From Octopus sinensis (taxonomy: Eukaryota): DNA of 64,000 nucleotides. Positions 37,881 to 51,200 of this stretch are shown here, piece by piece. The stretch covers positions 47,988,001 to 48,052,000 of the forward strand of contig NC_043001.1 in NCBI RefSeq assembly GCF_006345805.1. Direction: 5' to 3'. Below the pieces are notes generated by a model, which was not told the origin of the DNA, ran no database searches, and saw only the letters and a list, made by a program, of their open reading frames with translations. Position numbers and translations under genes: made by a program. Numbering within the stretch: position 1 is the first letter of the stretch; every line of letters starts with the position of its first letter.

Positions 37881-39281
37881 CGCAACAGATTGTGAGAATT
37901 GTCTTCCCTCCTGATCAAATGATAAGAAAGAAATTCAATCCTCTGGTTCTAACAAATTACCGCTACGTGTGAAGATAATTTACTGATCATTGTCAACAAA
38001 GGTTCCCATAATTATGAAATATGTATGGATGTAGTTTTGTTTGTATGTACGTACGTACGAATGTATGTATGTGTGAAATTATCATTTATGACAGGAGAAG
38101 TATTAACACCAAAAGATAAGCATAATATCCAAGTTAACGTGGGAGCTTTGTTTAAATATCGCATACTAAGGTATTCAGCTTGAGAGGTCCTCTTATACAC
38201 AACAGTAGCTTTCCATTACTTCGTTAATTCCCATAAGGTTAATTGAGCAGAGTGCTCAACACTAACGAATCACAAGTCAATTTCACAATGCAGTCGTTCA
38301 TTAGAGACAGTCTATATAGTCAATTAAATCAGTACTCAGTTGAAAACAGTATTGATATCAATGCCAAGTCTCGCGAAACAAGGCTGCGTTATTCGACACA
38401 AACATACTAAATATAAGTAAAGAGAAATATACAGAGTACATGACAAAACGCTAATAAAAATTAGTTAAATTTGCAATCATACTGTTACTATTGTATGGAC
38501 GTAGTAATCAAGACCGTTAGGTTTTCTTCTTTCTTTTTCTTGTAAAACGCCCGCGTTTTGTTGAACATAGCACACACATACGCACACATGTATGTATGTA
38601 TGTATGTATGAATGTATGTATGTATGTATGTATGTATGTATGTATGTATGTATGCATGTATGTATGTATACAATATTATAATATTTGCGACAGGCGTTGT
38701 ATCAATATCAAAGGTCAATCTTAATATCCAACTTAACGCCGATGTTTTTTTTTAAATGCTGAATATTGAGGTATTCAGATTGAGAAGTCCTCTTACATGG
38801 ATGTATTGTGCGTATAAAAGTACGCATATTTATATCATTGGCAGACGAAGACTCTATCCTATAGACGCTGGAACTGCTAGATCGCAGGATGTCCACGTAC
38901 TGCGATCCTTCAGTGACTATAGTCCGCTTGTAGAGTACCAGTCAAATCTCACTGTAAACGATATACAGGATTACAGGCATTTTTCAAGTATTGATATCAC
39001 AAATATTCAGTAGGATTATTAGAAAATGATTAGCGACAGAAACAGAATCAATTCCAAAAGTTGGTCTTTGTATCCAAATTATTGTGAATGTTTTCTTACA
39101 AGATTTATATTAAGCATAAAGTCAGTAGGTGCGAGAGGTGAGAAAAAATATATTTAACCACATGACTTTCAGAGGATTATACACACACGCACACACACAC
39201 ATACATATATATACATACATACATGCATACATACATATATGCATACATACATATACATACATACATACATACATACATACA

Positions 39282-39314
<33 letters not shown>

Positions 39315-39330
39315 CTATAGCTATCTATCA

Positions 39331-39363
<33 letters not shown>

Positions 39364-39389
39364 TATATGTACATATCGATATACATATA

Positions 39390-40630
39390 CAGGGGTTGAA
39401 CAAAATAATGAAAACACCTTAAAATTTCAAACAAATTTATTTTAATATGGGATAGGACTGCCTTTGACAGTAATTACAGCTTCTACGAGGTATGGACTCG
39501 TACAAAGCTTAAATTGTTTCCAAAAGGAATTTTTGTTCATTCTTTAGCTATAAGTCTCCAGTTCTTGTAGTGATGATGGTGGAGAATATCGACTTCTTAC
39601 TTCTTTTTTTTTTTTTAATGCACCATAAATGTTCAATAATATTGAGATCTGGGCACTGTGATGGCCTGATAAGATGTTCAACTTCACTAGAAAGTTCCGT
39701 ATGCCATTCAATAACAACTTTAACTGTGGGAATTGGTGCATTATCATCCTGAAAGATTGTGTTTCCCTCCGGAAAGAGTTCCGCAACCATAGGATGAATT
39801 TGATCTGATAAAATGCTTAACTAGCCTTGACTACTAATTCTGCCATGAAGTAAAACAATTGGGCCGGCGGATTTCGGGGATATAGCTTCCCAGATCATCA
39901 CAGATCCTCCTCCATATTTAACACTTCGAAGAAGGAAGTCCCGGCCAAATGCTTTTTTGGGGGGGGGGGGGGCTGTATCCACACGTATACTTGGCCGGTA
40001 GTCAGAAATAAGTTAAAAGATGACTCGTCCGAGAAAATAACATTCTTCCACTGCTCAAGGGATAAATTCTGTATGTTTTTACTCCACTCTAAACGCTTTG
40101 CAAGGTTTGTTTTTGAAAGTAGTAGTTTTCTGATTTCTACCATCCCGTGAAATCAGGCTTTGTGCAGTTCCCGTCGATCAGTTTTTGTGGAAATTGGTTT
40201 CACGAGTGGTCATTAAACTCTGCAGTAATTTTGGGAGCTGTACCTTTGTGATCCTTTCTAACAATTCGCGTAAGAGTCCCACGGTCCATATCAGAAAGTT
40301 TTGGTTTTCTTTCGACGAGGACGTTTTCCCCTCATTCTCAAAGGCAGTCGTTACTTTCGAGACAATATTTCTTGATACACAATTTCGTCTGTTTCCGTTA
40401 CGCTAGCGCCTGCCATACGAACACCAACAATTTGACCTTTTTGAAAGTTCGATAGATCTGTCATTTTAATGAATTTTAATTACCTTTTTGTTATGATATC
40501 TCAAAAGAAACAGCAATTTTAGCAAAGCTAATGATAAATAAAAAAAAACATAAAAATAAACAAGCTTTTGACGGTTTTATAGATATTTCAATGCTGCTAG
40601 GTGTTTCCATTATTTTCTCCAACTCCCCTG
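39390..40630 (-). mobile_element. Tc1-like transposon, both TIRs present, transposase disrupted (DD34E)
   Basis: TA|CAGGGGTTGAACAAAATAATGAAAACACC ... GGTGTTTCCATTATTTTCTCCAACTCCCCTG|TA. Minus-strand pieces read WKNVIFSDES and FQDDNAP...PDLNIIEHLW. Confidence 0.93.
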
Positions 40631-40709
<79 letters not shown>

Positions 40710-41595
40710 AAAGACTGGGTGGTGTTTTCACACGGGAAAACATATAGGAAAATGTATTGTTGAAAATGCACCAAATTTCAAAAACTCGTATATGTTTAAA
40801 ATGCATTTATTTACATATATAAACCAAACTAGTTTCAACAATATTTTTGTTTATAGTAAAAGTTTAAAATTAGAAAAAAAACATCTTTAAACGTTTCAAT
40901 GTTGACAAACTAAAATGTTTCAATGTTGACAAACTAAAATGTCTCAACGTTGATAAATTAACATGTTCAAAACAGAAGTTGTAAGTTTGAATGTTCATAG
41001 CAGTCAATAAAATTAAAAGTGTATATCAATTGTACAAAGTTCATTAATTTCAGTGGTGGTCGACAAGTCATACTGAAAACAAAAATGTGAAATGAAAATA
41101 GTAAAAATATGGGAATTTGGTTTACAGTTTTTCTGATCCTCTTCTAATAGACGCTTTCGCTTATAGTGGTATGTTTTAGGATCAGATGAATTCATAATTT
41201 TTTTCCGCGAGCAGATCAGATTTTTGATTCATTACAATTCTGGTGACGTTATTTTTCCTTGGTCAAGCTAGTCGTCCTGCTTGGTTGTCCTTCTTGTGGA
41301 TACAGTCATAAGTCGTTCCGGTTGGTTGGTTCTCTTAAAGTGACATATCGTTGTATTCGCTGAAATTCGGTTTTGATTGGTCTGTAGTTAGGTAACGTCA
41401 GCAACAGGTGTTTGTAGAATTTCATTCGACTGGAGGTGGATGCCATCAGCAGTTGATGTTTGAATGGTGATTTGGTGTTCCGGTTTCGGAACCCGGGTGG
41501 AAGATTGTTATTAAAGTTTTCAGAAAAAAATTTTTGTTGTTCCTGGTTGACTTTTTAGTCTTTTTTCTTTTGTTTTTTTCAGCTTTTTCTTCTTT

Positions 41596-41898
41596 CTAAA
41601 GGATATTCATCTGTGGTTTATATTTTTTAATTAGTATGTTTTCCTTATTTAAACGGAATTGTGCTGAAGTGTTTCCAGTGCATTGATAGAGAGGGAAGAT
41701 TTGGTATTTATGGTTTATGTTTACGGGGCATTGGTCCAGGTAGTTGCTTAATGGAATTTTTCTAGTGATCGGGTCCCGAATGTGTTGCCTGTGCACCGTA
41801 AGTCTATCTCTCAAAGTTAAGCTGGTTTGGCCAATGTAGTCACCACCACACCCTCCACATTTAAGAACATAGTAACTTCGAAGCACAGGTGAAGTCAT
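41596..41898 (-). pseudogene. PLE GIY-YIG endonuclease domain
   Basis: YYVLKCGGCGGDYIGQTSLTLRDRLTVHRQHIRDP...ENILIKKYKPQMN. Confidence 0.9.
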
Positions 41899-42199
41899 AT
41901 TTTATGGTAAAAGTTTGAGCTAACTTACATTTGTATGTGGAGCCCTCTAAAAGAAAGATGCAAGTTCCGCAGTTAGGGTGGTTGCACTTTTTAATTTGTG
42001 GGGTTGTATTTTGGTGGGTAATTTGGCGCTGGTGAGTACTTTATTTAGGGATTGTGGTTGTCTCTTGCTTTTAATAATCCTATGTGTTTCTAGAACCGTT
42101 TTTCATTCGTGGGTCCTTCATAAGGAGAAGTATGTTTTGGTGGATGATGTTGTATGCTTCCATGTTTCTTGGATTGTGTGTTGATACGTAAGATAGAGT

Positions 42200-42870
42200 T
42201 TTAAATGTGTCATGGTGTTTTCTTGTTTTCCGTAACCCTTGGATGACTATCATTTTTGCACGTTCTATTCCATTTTTTACTAGACTGGCTGGGTATTTTC
42301 TATCTAGTAATGTATTTTAAAGTTTTTGGAGTCGCATTTCTTGGGTTTTGGGATTTGATGCAATCGTGCAAATTCTTCTCGCTAACTTGAACGGTATATC
42401 TATTTTAGTATGTTTTGGGTGTCAAGAGGAGAACAGAAGAAATTGTTTTGAGTTTGTTAGTTTGAAGAAGATGTCGGTTTCAATTTCAATATCTCCCTTT
42501 ATTGGTGGCTGTATTCCATTGTAAACTGCATACTGTGGTTAATGCTGTTGATTAAGTTTTTAAATTTTGTAAGTTGTTTAGGTTTATGTGGCCACATGAT
42601 GAAACAGTCATCCAGGTAGCGTTTCTGGTTGGTGAGTAAGTATTTTTGGAAGTTGTCTCCAAATTTCACTCTAGCGTGTTCGTATATTTGGACTTCCAAG
42701 TATGTCATGGCAAGGTTGGCAAAAGTAGGCGCTAACCTCGTTCCCATCGCTGTGCCCGATTTTTGTCTACAAGTGTTTTCGTTGAAATTGAAAAAGTTAT
42801 TCTGTAGGATGAGTTTTATTCCTTTAAAGATAAATTCTTTTCCGATTCTGTTAGGACTGTCATTTGAGAA
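42200..42870 (-). pseudogene. PLE reverse transcriptase, motifs B-E only
   Basis: LILQNNFFNFNE..CRQKSGTAMGTRLAPTFANL...RYLDDCFIMW...NSINHSMQFTME. I see no upstream DxxSLYT motif. Confidence 0.88.
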
Positions 42871-44129
42871 TTTTTGCAGCTTGGTCTATTGTGGGTTCGT
42901 CGTTGTGGTCGACTCTGTGTGGGGTTGTCGTAATGGTTATATTCTGTTTGGAAGCGGTGGTTATTGCGGAAGAAATGTCTCGAACGGGAGAAGTTCCTAC
43001 TTCTTCTTTGGTCCTGTTCGAAGTCCTCTCTATGTGAGATGTGTCTCTGACGTGGGGAGTTCGTATTTCACTTATATTTCTGTCTGAAAAAATATTCATG
43101 AAGATATTACGTCCGGGACGTGGAGGTTTCTTGGGGTGATTTGGGTTTCTGCATGTTTGAGTGAGGCTGCTTTGTTGTGTGGTGAAGGGTTTAATGGAAG
43201 TTCCCATTTTATGGTTTTGGTGAGTATTTGGAGTCCTGGGGAGGGTATTGGTTATTCTTGGTTCTGGATGGTCATTCTGGTATTATTCCGGTAGTGACTT
43301 TCTTCCGGTTGTATAGGGCTCATAGCTTTTAGTTTTTTCAAGAAGTGGGTAATCAGATTGGTATTCCTCCTTGAATCTTTCCTCATAGTGAGTGAACCAA
43401 TCGTTATTTTCCCCATCTTTGAAGGGAGATTACTTCCTCGTGTTCATAGTCCTTTCTCCAGAGGAAAAGAGTATTTTCAAAAAGTTCCCCTTGGGCTTTT
43501 TACGCTATTTCATCATTTCATCAACTGGGGTAATTTTTTCTTCATGGGATTGAGCTCTGAGTTTCAGAAGTTCTGTCTCCATTTTGAAGTTCTCCAAAAC
43601 CATTTTTTCCTTCAGTTCTATCTGTTTTGCTGGTTTGTTGGGGATTACTTTGATTTGTAGGTTTCTGGGGGAGAATATAAGAAGTTGAATTGAGCCATCT
43701 CACGTATATCTCTGCTTTATTGGAGTTCTTGCCTATGTTCCAGAAAGCGAATTTGCGATTTTTATGATTTTTGGTCCATACTTTGAAAGATAGCTTTCTT
43801 GATATCGGAAGGCTGTTGACAGATATAGTTATTGTTTTCCGTTCCAGAATTAGGGCTATTTTTAAATATGTGCATTAGCGAGGTTTCAAATGATTTACAG
43901 CCTTTTTCGACGGTTTCACTTATTTCTCTCTGCAGGGATCTTCTTTTTTCCGGGCATATTTCTTTGCAGTGTGATTTGTTGAGTTTGTCCGATAGCAGTG
44001 CGAGTTTTGAATTAATATCTTGCAGTTCACATAAGATTTTTTCAAGTGTCGTGTTGTCTTGTTGTTTTTTTTTTGGACGGCACTTTCGATCCTGGCATGG
44101 TAGATATATAACAGAAGTGTGGTGGTATA

Positions 44130-44275
<146 letters not shown>

Positions 44276-44321
44276 TATAATATATATATATATATATATA
44301 TAATATATATATATATGTATA

Positions 44322-44506
44322 ATATAGCACCACAACTTCTGTTAATATCTACCATGCCAGGATCGAAAATGCCGCCCAAAAACAAACAACAAGACAACAC
44401 GACACTTGAAAAATCTTATGTGAACTGCAAGATATTAATTCAAAACTCACACTGCTATCGGACAAACTCAACAAATAACACTGCAAAGAAATATGCCCGG
44501 AAAAAA
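44322..44506 (+). mobile_element. Inverted copy of the PLE 5' end
   Basis: About 95% identical to the reverse complement of 43944-44130 (9 differences in ~187 nt by eye). Confidence 0.92.
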
Positions 44507-44508
44507 AA

Positions 44509-44556
<48 letters not shown>

Positions 44557-44579
44557 ATACATATGTATATATATAAAGG

Positions 44580-44790
44580 GAAACTTTACGAAAATAAACG
44601 GAAGACGAAGGCAGGTGGTGTAGAAACAAACAAATGTATTAGTATAGCGCTCAGGAATAAAAACAGTCTTTTACGTTTCGAGCCTACGCTCTTTGACAGA
44701 AAGATACACAGAAAAAACAAGGAGAGAAACAAGGAGAGAAAAAATGCGTGTAGGAGCTAACGATCTATCATGGCGTCCTGACATCGGACA
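44580..44790 (-). mobile_element. Short dispersed element with hammerhead-like motif at 44667-44704 (family also at ~47040-47200 and ~53490-53690)
   Basis: All three share gacgaag...aaacaa...tgtattagt.t..c.c..gaa...gtc.t.tacgtttcgag. The motif here is UCUUU-CUGUCAA-A-GAGC-GUAG-GCUC-GAAAC-GUA-AAAGA. Confidence 0.65.
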
Positions 44791-45248
44791 TATTTATATG
44801 TATATATGTATAAAAGTATATAAATATTTATATAAATACATACACACACACACACACACATATATATATATTACCATAAATAGCACATATCAATCTTTCA
44901 AGTTGCCTATACATTACTGACAATACACAACTTGTATACACGCCAACACAATTTATATAATGGATAGGAATAAAAGAAACAAAAACATAACTCTTTATTT
45001 AATATCTCAAATATAACAATGCAATGAAAAAAACATTAAATCTGTAATTTATTAACGTTTTCCTATGACCTCTTTTTCGTGTGACTTTTTTCTATGGATT
45101 CATAGAAATACGCTTTACACACACAAAAATACATATACACAAACATACTTGTACAGATACTCGAATACACACACACATACTTCCGTTACTTTTTTCCGGT
45201 GACCTTTTCTGTGACTTCTTCGTGAATTCATAGGAACGTATATGTATG

Positions 45249-45288
<40 letters not shown>

Positions 45289-45713
45289 CATACATATATA
45301 TATATGTATGTATGTATATATGTACATGTGCGTATATATGTGTGTATGCATGTAGTGGACATTTTGTTGTCAAAATCTAACACAAGAATTGAGTTACACA
45401 GCTTGATCCATTTTGTACATCATATGACTCTCGATATATTCGTCGTTGTCCGAATGTCTAACATACAATAACCTCTTCTATATTTGTTTAGTTCTGCACC
45501 CTATGCAACTATTTTTATCATTATTTTGAAGCAATTTATAATTCAATACTTTTGTCTCAGTCTGTGTTTGGTGCGTTCTTCCTTTGTCTTTTTCTTACTC
45601 CTAACTGATAAATGAATCGGCGAAAATATGTTTTTTATTAGAGTTGACATCCGTCTTAATGTAATCCACGTCGGTGATCGAGACAGTCACCACACACACA
45701 CACACACACACAC

Positions 45714-45812
<99 letters not shown>

Positions 45813-46022
45813 ATTATTACCGTCTACTGGTTCAAATAGGGGTATCTTCGTTTTCGAATACATATTTGTAGACTGTTATTCAATACCCACGTTTCTTATG
45901 GACTTCTCAAGTACGACGTTGGTGTTACCTTGAGATCACATAATTGAAAGAATCAGAAGTAATCACGTGATGAAACTCCTGTTGTATTTAGCTTTTAAAA
46001 ACTTCTTATTAAAATTTTTTTA

Positions 46023-46172
46023 ATTTATTGCATCAAATGCAATAATTGTAAAGAACTATATGTGGGCCAGACTGAAAATGTACTATCAGAACGTTCACGT
46101 GTGCACCGATGGCAAATTAGAGACCCAGATGTCAGTCAGGTACCTTTGAGTAACCATCTAGCAAAATGTGGT
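46023..46172 (+). pseudogene. Second PLE GIY-YIG fragment
   Basis: IYCIKCNNCKELYVGQTENVLSERSRVHRWQIRDPDVSQVPLSNHLAKCG, homologous to 41596-41898. Confidence 0.85.
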
Positions 46173-47197
46173 CGGAAAATGTGGTCAAGAGAAATGTCAG
46201 TAAGGGTCCAAAGTTCTATTACCACAGCAACGCCTACTACCACCACCGCCGTCACCAACGACAACAATAATAACGGTGATGATAATAGTGATGATGATAA
46301 TGGAAATGTAAAAAATCCCTGGGAAATGTTGTTTACAACATTTCTTAAAATAGCCAAATAATTACTGCTATGGCCAGGGTCAAACTACAGGTCTCTTGAT
46401 ATGTTAAACAAACCGTGACGCCTAACTAAACCAAAACACAAACCAGCTTAAGTAATTTAATAAAGCCACACACTTATTGGTTAGAATACAGTTTGCAAAA
46501 CTTAGCATTCTAGAGCCTATACAAATGCACTTATGGCAAACATTTCAGCCATCTCACTACAGTTGTAACTTGTAAAACATAACTGTCACCACAACTATAT
46601 GAACCTGAAGATTGCATAGTTTAATGCATGAAAGTACTAGTTCAATCAGAATGGACATTTAGTATTCTATCGTTTCATCATATTATATTATTTTATATTA
46701 TATTATTATAAGATTGTAAATAAAACGTGAAAATTAATGTTGGAATTTGTTTGAGTAATATATTCTTCTATACACAATTACACACACCCGTATGTATTAT
46801 GTACGTATGTATGTATGTATGTATGTATGTATGTATGTATGTATGTATGTAGGTAGGTATGTATGTATGCATGTATGTATGTGTATATGTATATTTATGT
46901 ATGTATACATACATACATACATGCATACATACATACAAATATTATATATATACATATATATATATATATATCTATATATATGAGTGTGTAGTATATATAT
47001 ATATATATATTATATATATAATATATATATATATACAGGAAACAAAAGACGAAGACAAGTAGAGAAACAATGAGCAGGCGTATTAGTTTAACTCGGGAAG
47101 AAAGGAAAAGTCCTTTACGTTTCGAGCCAAAGATCTTTGACAGAAACGATTAAGAGGGGAAAAACCGGAAAGGGAATGGAAAAAACGAAGAGAGTAA

Positions 47198-47545
47198 GTA
47201 AATGTAGGCGTAAGCAAATTAGACAGGTCGATATATAAACTATATTAAATACATGAAATACAAAAATATATATATATATATGTGTCTATATACAAAAAGG
47301 TCCGAGGTACACGAGTAGCAATGATACCGAGAATTAAAGGGGCTGAAGTAAACTATTACAAATATATTCTGCGGCTCGGTCGTCCAATATAATGTTTGTA
47401 GATTTGTAATTCTTTTCTTCAACCCCCTTAATTCTCGACATCAGTTCTTTCCTGTGTAAGTCGGACGTTTTTGTATATAGACATATATACATCTTTTGTA
47501 TTCTTTATATATTGACCTGTCTAAATTGTTTATCCCGACGTTTAC
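47198..47545. repeat. Old fold-back palindrome, ~160-bp arms, about 70-75% identity
   Basis: gtaaatgtagg..aattagacaggtcgatatata...gtctatatacaaaaa.gtccga...cgagaattaa.gggg.tgaag is mirrored at 47391-47545. Confidence 0.75.
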
Positions 47546-47630
47546 TTTTACACCCGCCCAAATGTAGACCTTTTAAGCAGTACAAAGAAGTGTATTGTAT
47601 ACAGAGAATAACTGATTCTCATATATGAAC

Positions 47631-47754
<124 letters not shown>

Positions 47755-48299
47755 TGAAGTCTTGTATAGGTTTTATATATTAACAAATATGTGGTATTCA
47801 GAATTTTGGATAATTCTTTATTAGGGCGTTTGTCTCATTCATCGACACTTCTCACATATGAGTTTCACAGAATATTTCTTTGCCTTTTATACAGCGATGT
47901 TTTTTTTCACTCTGGTAGTGATTTTATCGACCACCATTTAATACATCTCTTACTTACACTCTTTGTTACAGCAGCGGGTTTGCACACGACGATGTTGTCA
48001 CTGACAAACACACATATACATACACACCGATATGCATATGCCTAAACATACATATATGTATGCGTTTATGTTTTGATATCACAAACGAACAAACGAACAA
48101 ACGAACATTGACTGAATCATAAAACATCCACTTTCCTTTTCCTAATACATATATAGATACGTACATACGTACATACATACATACATACATACATACATAC
48201 ATACATACATACATACATACATAAATACATATATATATATATATATACCTATGTATGTATATATATATATGTATACACGCACACACACACACACACTAA

Positions 48300-48515
48300 C
48301 ATATCTCTTTCTCTCTCTTTTACTTGTTTCAGTCATTTGACTGCGGCAATGTTGGAGCACCGCCTTTAGTCGAGCAGATCGACCCCGGGACTTATTCTTT
48401 GTAAGCCCAGTACTTATTCTACCGGTCTCTTTTGCCGAACCGCTAAGAGACGGAGACATAAACACACCAGCATCGGTTGTCATGCAATGCTAGGGGGACA
48501 AACACAGACACACAA

Positions 48516-48520
<5 letters not shown>
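48300..48520 (-). mobile_element. SINE family A, 3' half
   Basis: ttgtttcagtcatttgactgcggc...gatcgaccccggggacttattctttgtaagcc...aaacacaccagcatcggttgtc. Confidence 0.88.
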
Positions 48521-48590
<70 letters not shown>

Positions 48591-49619
48591 ATGTGTGTGT
48601 GTGTTGTGTGTGTTTGTGTGTGTGTGTGTGTGGTGGTGTGGGTTGTGTGTATTAATATATATATTATATATATATTATATATATATATATATTATGTGTA
48701 TATATATATATATATTATTATGTGTGTATATATCTATATATATAATATATTATGTGTGTATATATATATATATATTATATATATATGTATGGGTTTGACT
48801 GTTATTTCGGCATGGTGGTGTCTCTCAGATACCCTTATTTATAGTTATATATATATATACATATACATACGCACATACATACACATATATATGTATGTAT
48901 GGGTGTATAATGTTACCTATATTATATTATAACTTTTAACTCTAAGATCGATTAAAGAGAATATAATAAATCATTTAAGAGCGGCACCGAGAAAGAAGGA
49001 GATTTTGTTTTCTTAGCAATTCGCTTCAGTTCAGAGGTGAGAACGCTACTTCTTGAAAACAATTTGTTTCAAATATGGTGGACTATTATAGCGTTGTCAA
49101 ATATTGTAGTGTACTTGTTTCCTGCTCAGACAATTGCAATTACAGTCTAGACGTTGGCTACTTAGAGTAATAAAGGTTCTACTAAATATTCCATCTGAAG
49201 AATGGTCTAAGCTTTGAAATTGGTAAATTATTTGAAATGTTGTTACAAATGGATTAAAAGAAGAAACTGTCTACACAGTGAAGTCTTACTCGAAATATAC
49301 TTACTTGTTCATTTAGATTTTGGTCTTAGCGTTGTTCTTTGTAACTTGTAGATTTCTTTTATGATTTGTTTTTACGTTCAATAAACTATGTTAGACGTAA
49401 TTCTCAGCCGTGTTCAAATCTAGTTAGAAGAGCAAAAAAAAAAAAAAATCAGCAAAAGATAAAAAAAAAGAACTTTGCAATATATTTACGAAATTGAAAT
49501 TTCAGAAGTATAGTATTTATATGGAAACCAAACTTTGCATTTCGCAACGAAATAAATAAATAAATGAATGAATAAATAAATAATAATAATAATAATAATA
49601 ATAATAATTAATAATAATA

Positions 49620-51200
49620 ATAATAATGATGATTTCATTTATTTGCCACAAGGACGAAGTATGTGGGGGGACAATACAAAGACAGACATAAAGTGTGGGG
49701 GTTTGCATGTAATGAAAGGATAAAAAAAGTAAGTATACTCGGTATACACTGAAAAAGTTGCGGGGAGGATGATAGAGATGTGGCCCTACTTATATAGGAA
49801 GGCCTCTAGAGACAATCGAAGAACCCCACAGTCCGAGATTTCCATGAAATACTAGCGTCCTTCCGGCTAATTCGTCGATAAGACTAGCTATCCGGTTCAT
49901 GACCTTACCCAAATACTGGCCACTAGGCGGTGCAGACCAAACCAGATCCCAAGCTATTTACCAGTTCTCTGTCCAGTATCTTACGACGCTTTCGGGTAGA
50001 ATGAAGCTGCTTCTCCAAGTGCCCAGTTGCAGGCCCACTGCTTTTGGTTAATTTTTGCTTGTATCACTGCCTTGTATTCCCTTAGAATTTGGTTAGCTAG
50101 CCTAGACTATTACAGTCATATCGTTCATATATACAAACCACGAATCCTCTGCACCCTAGTTCTTGCACAATATCCCACCTCAAAATGTAGTTTATGCAGT
50201 TCTCTCTCCAGCGTCTGCACGAACATAAGGAAAGAGAGGGGGTACTTTGTCGAACCTAGCCCATGATACTGAACGATTCCGATAGGTAGTCATTTACTCT
50301 AACCTCCGTACAAATGAGGCGGTACACTGCAACGATCCAGCTCTGAAGACGAGGCCGAAACCAGCCGCCTTCAGGCCAGCGGCCACATTGACGGTCGGCC
50401 CCATCGAAAGCTTTCGACTAATCTAAATTAATTAGAGCCCCACCCATGTCAGGTTTTTTACCCACTCTTTCTGTAATGTATTGCCTAAGGTGAAGGTTTT
50501 CTTGGATAGATCTCTTTGATATGGGACATGTCTGTGCCTCACCCACAAGTGTATCGGCGACAAACTCAAACTTTTTAACAAGCACTTAACCAAAACCCTC
50601 AACTCTGTATTTAACTAGGTTTTGGGTCTGAGGCCTTTGAAATCTTCACCCTTGTTCGGATCCTTTCTTAGCAGCACAACTGTACCAATTTTCGCAGGAC
50701 TGTGAAATTTTCCGTTCTGCTGTCATTTGAAATTGACACAACCCAAGAAGATTCCGAACAAGTTTGGCATATGACGATAAAGCTAGTAGCGCTGACCATC
50801 CTGCTCCGGCTACTTCTCCATTGTGCAGCCGGTCTTCGCTCCACGTAATTCATCAGAAGTTATCGGCTTTTCGCAGAAGTCACCATCACTATCTAAGAGT
50901 TACAGCAAGTCATCGGGGCATGGAGTCATATCTGTGTTGCCGACAACTTAGAATGGTGGATACCCAGCGCTATCTAACTGTGGGTGATGAAGCAGAAACG
51001 TTACGAGATAGTCAATCAGTGGGGTCATCGATTCATATCCTGACACAGCCATTTCATTTTGCCAATGGTCAATTCAATTACGATTTAACAACGAGATTTA
51101 TCTATATGTAATTACGTGACGCAAGGTGGCACAACTCATCGCTGAATTGGTGAATCACTGAAATTGCAATGCTTCTTCGTTCATATTTTCCTGCGGAAAA
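49620..51200 (-). mobile_element. L1/Tx1-clade LINE fragment (RT domain plus 3' UTR, (ATT)n tail), degenerate
   Basis: Minus strand with frameshifts: CEKPITSDE...LYRHMPNLFG...VVLLRKDPNKG...RP..LNTE...GALINLD*SKAFD...YMNDMTVIV...LREYKAV..AKIN...LGIWFG. It joins to ttgtggcaaataaatgaaat(cat/tat)n. Confidence 0.88.

Noticed and set aside
50343-50361. CTGAAGACGAGGCCGAAAC hammerhead-like string
   Set aside because: There is no stem II pairing. It is the antisense of the L1/Tx1 RT codons LKAAGFGLVF.
50771-50848. Signal-peptide-like MTIKLVALTILLRLLLHCAAGLRST ending at a GTAATT
   Set aside because: It lies antisense to the L1/Tx1 ORF2 region (…PEQDG…LYRHMPNLFG).
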